A DNA stretch of 30,403 nt from positions 1 to 30,403 of the IMG/VR virus record IMGVR_UViG_3300038336_000148. The stretch is one strand, 5' to 3'. The stretch comes from a virus. Taxonomy: Duplodnaviria > Caudoviricetes. The notes beneath the pieces are model-generated. The model searched no databases. It saw only the letters and a program-made list of their open reading frames with translations, and had not been told where the DNA came from. Made by a program: the position numbers and the translations under genes. Shown in pieces: positions 24,408-30,403 of the stretch. How positions within the stretch are numbered: position 1 is the stretch's first letter; each line of letters starts with the position of its first letter.

Positions 24408-25695
24408 AGTAGTTGTTGGAATGATTGTTTTTAATGAAGAAGATTATCTCCGTTATTCCCTGGAGTCTTTCTATAATGTTGTCGATAAGATTATCATTGT
24501 GGAAGGCGCAGAACATTCATTTCATTTCGCGGCCTCTCCTGAAGGATTATCTACCGACAAGACACCTGAGATTATTCGCGAGTTTGAGGAACGGCCGGAA
24601 CATAAAATAGTCTGGATTCGCAAGGGATTCGTCGATCATCAAAGAGAGCTGAGGCAGGAATACCTGAAACACATCGATTCGGACGCTGACATATTCTTTT
24701 GTCCGGATGGAGATGAGGTTTACGACGAAAAAGAATTAAAAGAAGCTTTTCAACACATTATGGACCACAAAGAAATTCACAGAGTGGCCCTTGATCATAT
24801 CCTTTTTTGTGAAGATTTCAGCCATGTGAAATACGATCTCGACCTTTGCATTACGCCAGAGTCGGGAATGTGTATGTTGCGCCTGTATCGGCATTTCCCG
24901 GATGCTGTAATAGAGAACGGCCTGCATATAGCATTAAAAGAAAATTACAAAGATGCACGTTTTCATTTGGCGAATATTTACCATTGCGGGTGGGTGCGGT
25001 CCGAAGAACGTCTCATTAAGAAAATGCTCTGGACGATAAAGAGGCATCATGATCGAGAGACGGGCGAATATCTTTGGTTAAAGGGATTACCAGATGAAGC
25101 AATTATTGATTGGATAAAGAACGAAAGTTACCCGCTCAATCCGCAACTGCGTTACAACTTGTATAAATACAACGGCAAATATCCCCTTTCTCTTTTGAAT
25201 GCGATCAAGAGCAGGATTCCGCTTTATTTCCCGCCAGACGGCAAAGCAAGACCATGGTTTCATATAACTGCAATAGATTATCTCAATAACTATTTGAAGC
25301 CCTATATGAATATCCTTGAATTCGGAGCCGGCAATTCCACTGTTTGGTTTTCCCCGCGCGTGAAAAGAATAGTTTCTTTAGAACATGATCAGAAATTTGC
25401 CGATTATGTAGCTGCTAACAATCTGGACAACGTGGAAATGAATGTCCTTCCGCGCCCCTATAACGGATTTGTAGACAACATTCCTGATCAAAATTTCGAT
25501 TTTATCCTTATTGACGGTCGCGATCGAAACGAATGCGCGAAGAGTGCTTTCAAGAAATTGAAAGTCGGTTCTCTTCTGGCATGGGACGACGCGGAAAGAG
25601 CCGAATACAAAGAGGGCGTCAATTTCCTTCTGAGTAACGGCTACGAGTTAGCTGAGAAGTGTTTTGAAACATTAATGTTCAGGAGAATTAAATAA
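24400..25695 (+). CDS. Fused GT2-like glycosyltransferase + class I SAM methyltransferase (431 aa)
   Basis: N-terminal IVFNEEDYL..VDKIIIVEG..STDKT..DGDE (GT-A DxD); C-terminal ILEFGAGNST..SLEHD..FDFILIDG..AWDD. Confidence 0.85.
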   Translation: MPKVVVGMIVFNEEDYLRYSLESFYNVVDKIIIVEGAEHSFHFAASPEGLSTDKTPEIIREFEERPEHKIVWIRKGFVDHQRELRQEYLKHIDSDADIFFCPDGDEVYDEKELKEAFQHIMDHKEIHRVALDHILFCEDFSHVKYDLDLCITPESGMCMLRLYRHFPDAVIENGLHIALKENYKDARFHLANIYHCGWVRSEERLIKKMLWTIKRHHDRETGEYLWLKGLPDEAIIDWIKNESYPLNPQLRYNLYKYNGKYPLSLLNAIKSRIPLYFPPDGKARPWFHITAIDYLNNYLKPYMNILEFGAGNSTVWFSPRVKRIVSLEHDQKFADYVAANNLDNVEMNVLPRPYNGFVDNIPDQNFDFILIDGRDRNECAKSAFKKLKVGSLLAWDDAERAEYKEGVNFLLSNGYELAEKCFETLMFRRIK

Positions 25696-26222
25696 TGAAT
25701 TTGGAAACATCGAAAGCAAGGGAAAGATTAGCGTTATATTGCGTAGGCAACGGAATTGATCTCGGTTACGGCGGAGATCCGATAACTCCCCATGCAATTG
25801 CCATGGATCAGCAATTTGAATTGCGTTTGACCAAAAGTGAAAGCGACCATCCTCAGAATCTAGCCGGAGACGCCCGAAACCTTTACTGGTTCAAGGATGA
25901 TGTATTCGATTTCGTCTATTCGTCTCACCTGCTCGAAGATTTCAAAGCGGAAGAAACCCCGATTGTTTTGAAAGAGTGGCTCCGTGTAGTTAAGCATGGC
26001 GGGTTTCTCGTTCTCTATGGGCCCGATGAAGTTGTTTATTCGGAGCACTGCCGGAAAACAGGCCAGAACCACAACGAAGCTCATAGTGTTCCTGATTTCG
26101 GACTCGAATTCCTGAAGAACGTGCTGAGTAAACATCTCAACGGAATGTATCAAATCGTCCACGAGATAGGTCTCATTGATGATTACTGTTTTGATTTAGT
26201 GCTTAAAAAAATAAGGAGCTAA
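25695..26222 (+). CDS. Class I SAM-dependent methyltransferase, type 11-like (175 aa)
   Basis: IDLGYGG, FDFVYSSHLLED, EWLRVVKHGGFLVL; TAATG coupling. Confidence 0.88.
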   Translation: MNLETSKARERLALYCVGNGIDLGYGGDPITPHAIAMDQQFELRLTKSESDHPQNLAGDARNLYWFKDDVFDFVYSSHLLEDFKAEETPIVLKEWLRVVKHGGFLVLYGPDEVVYSEHCRKTGQNHNEAHSVPDFGLEFLKNVLSKHLNGMYQIVHEIGLIDDYCFDLVLKKIRS

Positions 26223-26226
26223 GAAA

Positions 26227-27306
26227 GTGTTTATTCTGAAAAGTCTAAATACAGGTAAGGAAATGACCTTCTCCGATAAGATGGGAAGGGAATTCTTCGG
26301 CCCGGATATTAAAAGCAAGATGCTGGTTTGCCTACCAACTGAAAAGATTGTCCAGGGTAAAGGTGTCGTAAATATTCAAATCATGGAACAGGACAATCAG
26401 GTGCGGAAGATAGGCGGGACCTGTCTTATTCGCATGGGCGGTATAGGTGATCTCGTTATTCTTTCGTCCAGTATCGTAAAGCGCAAGATGAAATATCCCA
26501 ACAAGAAACTTACCCTGGCCACTCTCCCGCAATACACCAAGGTAATGAGCAAACTGAATGGCGTCGATTACTGTATCAAGATTGACGACATCAATAAATA
26601 TTCCTTTGATGAGATTATTGATCTGCGTTATGCGGTTGAACCATCCAACATAGGTCCCGGTTCACTTCCATGGATTGATTATGTATCTAAAGATCGGTCG
26701 GATAATTTTGACCGGCTTTGCGGTGTTAATTCAAACAGAAAGTATTTTAATCTACCTATCGACAAGGAAAGCCGGAAGAAGTTCAAGACTATGCTTCCGA
26801 AGAGGTCGGGACCCGTTATCGGCCTTAATCCGACAAGTAAATCTCCTGTTAGGGTTATCCCGCCTGAATATGTTTCTCCTTTGGTAAACAAACTGATCCG
26901 CCGGTTGGATGCAACGATTATCATCATGGGGAAAACGGAGCACTGGAATAGAAGCCTTACTGAACTGAATAACGATAATGTTCTGAACTTACTGGATAAA
27001 ACGAATGAGGCTGATTTAATCTCCCTTACTTCCATTGCCGATCTGATTATTACTCCGGATACCGGCGCCCTTCATATAGCTGCCGCTCTGAAAAAGAAGT
27101 GCCTGGGATTGTTCGGCAACATCGATCCGAGGACCAGAACTACCTATTATCCGACCGTTAGAACTATTTACCCGAAAGGAAAGTTGGCGTGTGTGCCGTG
27201 TTGGGATGTCCCGGGCTCCTGCCAATGTCACGATAAACAGGGCGCTGACTGTATGCGCCTGATTACACCTGAAAGGATATGCAGGGCGGTTGCTGAAATG
27301 ATTTAA
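26227..27306 (+). CDS. GT9 (WaaC/WaaF heptosyltransferase-like) glycosyltransferase (359 aa)
   Basis: IRMGGIGDLV, IGLNP, ADLIITPDTGALHIAAAL, GLFG, C-terminal CVPC..C..CM..ITPE. Confidence 0.9.
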   Translation: MFILKSLNTGKEMTFSDKMGREFFGPDIKSKMLVCLPTEKIVQGKGVVNIQIMEQDNQVRKIGGTCLIRMGGIGDLVILSSSIVKRKMKYPNKKLTLATLPQYTKVMSKLNGVDYCIKIDDINKYSFDEIIDLRYAVEPSNIGPGSLPWIDYVSKDRSDNFDRLCGVNSNRKYFNLPIDKESRKKFKTMLPKRSGPVIGLNPTSKSPVRVIPPEYVSPLVNKLIRRLDATIIIMGKTEHWNRSLTELNNDNVLNLLDKTNEADLISLTSIADLIITPDTGALHIAAALKKKCLGLFGNIDPRTRTTYYPTVRTIYPKGKLACVPCWDVPGSCQCHDKQGADCMRLITPERICRAVAEMI

Positions 27307-27372
27307 GTCCACCAAAGAAATGGTGAGAATACAGAGTCGTCAGACTCTTCAAAAAAAAGGAGGTATCAGGTT

Positions 27373-27606
27373 ATGGCAACAGTAGCAATAGCTAAGGTTT
27401 TTGACGCACAGGTGACAGCAAGCGAGACGGACGGAACTTACGTTTATCTCGGAACGAATAAAGGCGACATTATCCGATTTACCATAGCGACTGAGGTAGT
27501 AAGCACTATCGCCAGTCTCGGAAGCAAGATCAAGTCCATGTCGATCTATTCCGGCGTTCTGTATTGCGGCTTGGCTAATGGTTCGCTGGCAACGGTAACG
27601 CTTTAA
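27373..27606 (+). CDS. Small all-beta protein with two WD40-like blades (77 aa)
   Basis: Internal repeat VTASETDGTYVYLGTNKGDI / IKSMSIYSGVLYCGLANGSL; AGGAGG SD. Confidence 0.7.
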   Translation: MATVAIAKVFDAQVTASETDGTYVYLGTNKGDIIRFTIATEVVSTIASLGSKIKSMSIYSGVLYCGLANGSLATVTL

Positions 27607-27634
27607 AATACGAATTTAAGGGAGGATTGAAAGG

Positions 27635-28687
27635 ATGGCTAAGGAAAAAGCTGATGAAGTAAACGTGGACATTCAGGTTGATGATAACGTCGAGCAACCG
27701 CCCGAAGGTTATACGGCGGAAGAATGGCGTGATTTGTCTCCTACGGAAAAAGAAGGGATTCTTGACGGCATTACAGCGCCCGAAGGCGAAGAAGCGCCTA
27801 AAGAAGAACTGAACGACGACGATAAAAATACTCTTGAAGGAATTGCCGGCGACGAGAAATCTCTTGAAGAAAAGGAAAAAGAAGAGGCGGCAGCAGCAGA
27901 GCAGGCGCGTCTTGAAGGATTAGCCAAAGAACAGGGTAAAACCGTCGAAGAAATTATAGCCGCTGAAGCTGCCCAAAATACCGCTCAGGATGAAGTGACC
28001 GATGATGCTTTGCTGAACTTTCAGCCGGTATTAACCAAAGAGGAAATGCCTGTATTCGAGGAACTTCCGGAAGAGATACCAGCGGCGATCACGGAAAAAC
28101 TTCATGCGTTAGATGAAAAGTTTGATCTTGGGGATATTACCCAAAGGGAATTTAACGCGGAGAGGGACAAGCTCAATCGGGAAATTATCAAACACAATAC
28201 CAAGATCAACGATGAAGCAAGAGCCGCGTTTGAAGCACAGAAAGACGAGTTGATTTGGAAGAAGGAACAGATTTATTTCCTGAATGCCAAACCGGAATAC
28301 ATGGCGTCCAGAGTAACAGATGCGGCGGAAAAGGTTAAGTGCAATGCCTTATTCGGAGCCCTGACTGAAATGGTCAAGGCAATATCCAATGATCCAAAGA
28401 ACGCAAGTCTTACAGGCATTCAAATTCTGGTCAAGGCGGATAAAGCCGTTAAAGAGGCATTTGGAATCAAACCGGCCGAAAAGAAAGAGGTTAAGAAGGT
28501 AGAAACGAAACCGGCGGCAAAGATACCTGATCATAAAACTCTGGCGGATATTCCAAACGCGGCGGGAAACAATGAGGGCGTCGATGATTCTTTCGCGCAA
28601 ATAGATAAATTGTCCGGTGAAGCATACGAGCAAGCTCTTGAAAGAATGTCTCCGGCAGTAAAGGAAGCATATCTGGCGCGGGTGTAA
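27635..28687 (+). CDS. Capsid scaffolding protein (350 aa)
   Basis: Very acidic and helical; C-terminal TLADIP..FAQIDKLSGEAYEQALERMS..YL; precedes the capsid gene. Confidence 0.8.
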   Translation: MAKEKADEVNVDIQVDDNVEQPPEGYTAEEWRDLSPTEKEGILDGITAPEGEEAPKEELNDDDKNTLEGIAGDEKSLEEKEKEEAAAAEQARLEGLAKEQGKTVEEIIAAEAAQNTAQDEVTDDALLNFQPVLTKEEMPVFEELPEEIPAAITEKLHALDEKFDLGDITQREFNAERDKLNREIIKHNTKINDEARAAFEAQKDELIWKKEQIYFLNAKPEYMASRVTDAAEKVKCNALFGALTEMVKAISNDPKNASLTGIQILVKADKAVKEAFGIKPAEKKEVKKVETKPAAKIPDHKTLADIPNAAGNNEGVDDSFAQIDKLSGEAYEQALERMSPAVKEAYLARV

Positions 28688-28689
28688 AA

Positions 28690-28872
28690 ATGGCACTTAT
28701 TAAGATTATCGATGTTGGTAATGAGCTGGTTTTTGAGGTCCCTGCCTCCGAAAAACCACAGAAGATATCTATTTTTCTTACTGAAAAGGCAGGACGTAAA
28801 GCTGTTTTGAAGATTACTGCTGATAGGTCAATACCAATCAAACACTATAAGCAGCAAATTGTAGGGCAGTAG
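28690..28872 (+). CDS. CsrA/RsmA-like small beta protein (60 aa)
   Basis: Size and strand pattern (L..IDVGNELVF..ISIFL...GRKAVLKITA..SIPI) parallel CsrA (L....VGETLMI..VTVTV...GNQVRIGVNA..VSV); divergent. Confidence 0.55.
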   Translation: MALIKIIDVGNELVFEVPASEKPQKISIFLTEKAGRKAVLKITADRSIPIKHYKQQIVGQ

Positions 28873-28883
28873 CCCTAATAACC

Positions 28884-28915
28884 GACCCAGGACGGTCTAA
28901 ATAAAAAATTGGAGG
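28884..28915 (+). promoter_or_regulatory. GGA-hexaloop hairpin plus SD of the capsid gene
   Basis: GACC-CAGGAC-GGTC 28884-28897; GGAGG 28911-28915. Confidence 0.5.
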
Positions 28916-28921
28916 TTGATT

Positions 28922-30031
28922 ATGGGACAGACGATTATTGGTCTCAACGACTCGAAGGCCGTCAAAAGATACTCCGGGAATCTGGCGGTCGACGTTGGGC
29001 GAAAAGGTTATTTCACCCGGAAGTTCATGGCAAAGGGCGAAGTTCCCACACGGCCGATTTGGCAGATTACCGATCTGGAATCGGATGCGGGAGAACAGAT
29101 CACCTACGATTTGAGTATGCAGTTAAATATGCAGCCAATCGAAGGCGATGCAGAGCTCCACGGGAAAGAAGAAGGGTTATCGTTCTACACTGACAATGTT
29201 TACATTGATCAGATGCGCGGCGGTGCCGATTGCGGCGGACGTATGAGCAGAAAAAGAACGCTCCACGATCTGCGTAAGGTCGCCAAGGCGCGTTCGGTTG
29301 ACTGGTGGGCAAGAGTTTTTGACGAGATCATTATGATGTATCTCTCCGGCGCCCGTGGCACAAATACCGAGTTTGTGTTTCCTACGACATATTCGGGGTT
29401 TGCAAACAACAGTCTTACCGCTCCCGATTCCAACCATATCGTTTATGGTGGAACGGCGACAACCAAAGGTACGGTAACGGCAAGCGATAAGATGTCCACT
29501 CTTCCTATTGACCGCGCAGTAGCTTACGCGGAAATGATGGGCGGCGGTGGCCCTGCTTACTCGGAAATCCCGCAGATCCAGAAGTGCGAAGTGGATGGCG
29601 AAGAAGTTTTTCTGATGATTATGGACCCGTATCAGAAATTCGACCTGCGCCGGAACACCACAACAAACGATTGGGCGGATATCCAGAAAGCAATCGCAAC
29701 CGCGGCAGGGAAAGAGTCTGCCTTTATTAAGGGCGGAATCGGTATGTGGAATGGTGTTGTTCTCCATTCGCACCCGAACATCATCCGGTTTACTGATTAC
29801 GGTAGTGGTGCCGTTGCAGCATCAAGGGCGTTGTTCTGCGGTATGCAGGCGGGTGTTATAGCCTTCGGTTCTCCAGGGCAGGATTTGCGTTTTGGCTGGC
29901 ACGAAGAGGAACGCGACAATGGTAACAAGGTCATTATTACAACCCATACCATTTGGGGATTCAAGAAAGTTACCTTTAACGGTAACGATTTTGGCGTAAT
30001 GGCCATAGACACGGCAGCGGCCAGGCCGTAA
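28922..30031 (+). CDS. Major capsid protein, N4-gp56 / DUF4043-type (369 aa)
   Basis: AVKRYS..DLESDAGEQITYDL..YIDQMR..MSRKRTLHDLR..ALFCGMQA..DFGVMAID; ATG 28922 follows GGAGG. Confidence 0.92.
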   Translation: MGQTIIGLNDSKAVKRYSGNLAVDVGRKGYFTRKFMAKGEVPTRPIWQITDLESDAGEQITYDLSMQLNMQPIEGDAELHGKEEGLSFYTDNVYIDQMRGGADCGGRMSRKRTLHDLRKVAKARSVDWWARVFDEIIMMYLSGARGTNTEFVFPTTYSGFANNSLTAPDSNHIVYGGTATTKGTVTASDKMSTLPIDRAVAYAEMMGGGGPAYSEIPQIQKCEVDGEEVFLMIMDPYQKFDLRRNTTTNDWADIQKAIATAAGKESAFIKGGIGMWNGVVLHSHPNIIRFTDYGSGAVAASRALFCGMQAGVIAFGSPGQDLRFGWHEEERDNGNKVIITTHTIWGFKKVTFNGNDFGVMAIDTAAARP

Positions 30032-30064
30032 GCAGTAAAAATAAAAGCAAGGAGGATTACTTTT

Positions 30065-30403
30065 ATGGCTAAAACAGCCCAATTAGCACCCGATCTTTAC
30101 ACCAAACCTCCTAAGACCGCTATCGGTGGCGCACGTGCCGATTTCCGGTCTATGGAGTTGACCAAAGCTCAGGTTGAAGTAACGGCAGCAAACAACGCAA
30201 TTATTGCGCTTGCGGTTTTACCCGCAGGTCACAGACTCCACGGCCTTTATGTGGAATGTGATGATCTCAGTGAAGGCGCGGATATTGTGTTCAATGTTGG
30301 TATTTTAAACACTTATTACGGAGCGCCGGTGGCCTCGGCAAGCGTAGCCGGCATTGATTCCGGTGCGGCTCCGGCTCTGCTTAGTGGATGTGGAGGGGTG
30401 TGA
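30065..30403 (+). CDS. Putative capsid decoration / cement protein (112 aa, possibly truncated)
   Basis: Directly after the MCP, AGGAGG SD, beta-rich LAVLPAG..L..L.V..DDL..FNVG; TGA sits at the window edge. Confidence 0.55.
   Translation: MAKTAQLAPDLYTKPPKTAIGGARADFRSMELTKAQVEVTAANNAIIALAVLPAGHRLHGLYVECDDLSEGADIVFNVGILNTYYGAPVASASVAGIDSGAAPALLSGCGGV

Larger units (their letters stand above)
1..30403. mobile_element. Temperate tailed phage / prophage, partial: integration, early, immunity, replication, packaging and head modules
   Basis: Lambda-like gene order: integrase, leftward recombination operon, divergent cI/cro, replication genes, terS/terL, portal, scaffold, capsid. No host housekeeping genes; att sites, tail and lysis genes are not in the window. 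Confidence 0.97.

Noticed and set aside
24400-26222. Methyltransferases as DNA MTases of an R-M system, with the ResIII-like helicase
   Set aside because: No DPPY/NPPY or PC catalytic motifs; they resemble small-molecule or sugar O-methyltransferases and lie far from the helicase.
18-30082. Many 60-200 aa ORFs antisense to or nested within long genes (e.g. 2347-2658, 16463-16780, 29177-29773)
   Set aside because: Shadow frames without RBS or motifs, overlapping well-supported genes.
1-30403. CRISPR array, rRNA, IS transposase, reverse transcriptase/DGR, att core
   Set aside because: No regularly spaced repeats or diagnostic motifs seen; att is expected beyond the integrase stop, outside the window.
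30380-30403. Recoded TGA or insertion truncating the last gene
   Set aside because: The stop coincides with the window edge, so downstream sequence is needed and nothing can be concluded.

Overview
The whole window is the left part of a temperate, lambda-organised tailed phage, either a prophage or a phage contig. The host is probably diderm, inferred only from a lipoprotein and a GT9 heptosyltransferase-like gene. The leftward early operon runs from PL through a putative recombination protein, SbcD, a hidden 52-aa Cys-rich ORF, SbcC, an SF2 helicase and an ASCH protein to a tyrosine integrase. The immunity region has cI/cro, three 17-bp ATAAC-N7-GTTAT operators, a lipoprotein and a small membrane protein. 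The rightward early operon encodes a CII-like regulator, two paralogous Cys4 mini-proteins, a radical SAM enzyme, a NinG/HNH-like nuclease, a Spo11/TopoVI-A-like (Mini-A-type) Toprim protein, a DUF1064-like nuclease, a DUF1376-type initiator and SSB. It is followed by terS/terL, about 2 kb of small ORFs, a P22-like portal, scaffold and an N4-gp56-type major capsid. Most notable: (1) a tightly coupled GT2-methyltransferase / methyltransferase / GT9 / two-blade propeller cassette between portal and scaffold, a candidate virion glycosylation system; (2) a Spo11-like protein co-encoded with Mre11/Rad50-like SbcCD; (3) a CsrA-like gene with a GGA-hexaloop hairpin directly in front of the capsid RBS; (4) a perfect (TTAGGG)5 tract flanked by DnaA boxes inside the initiator gene; (5) an integrase RBS occluded only in read-through transcripts. 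All family calls come from motif recognition by eye; no searches were run.
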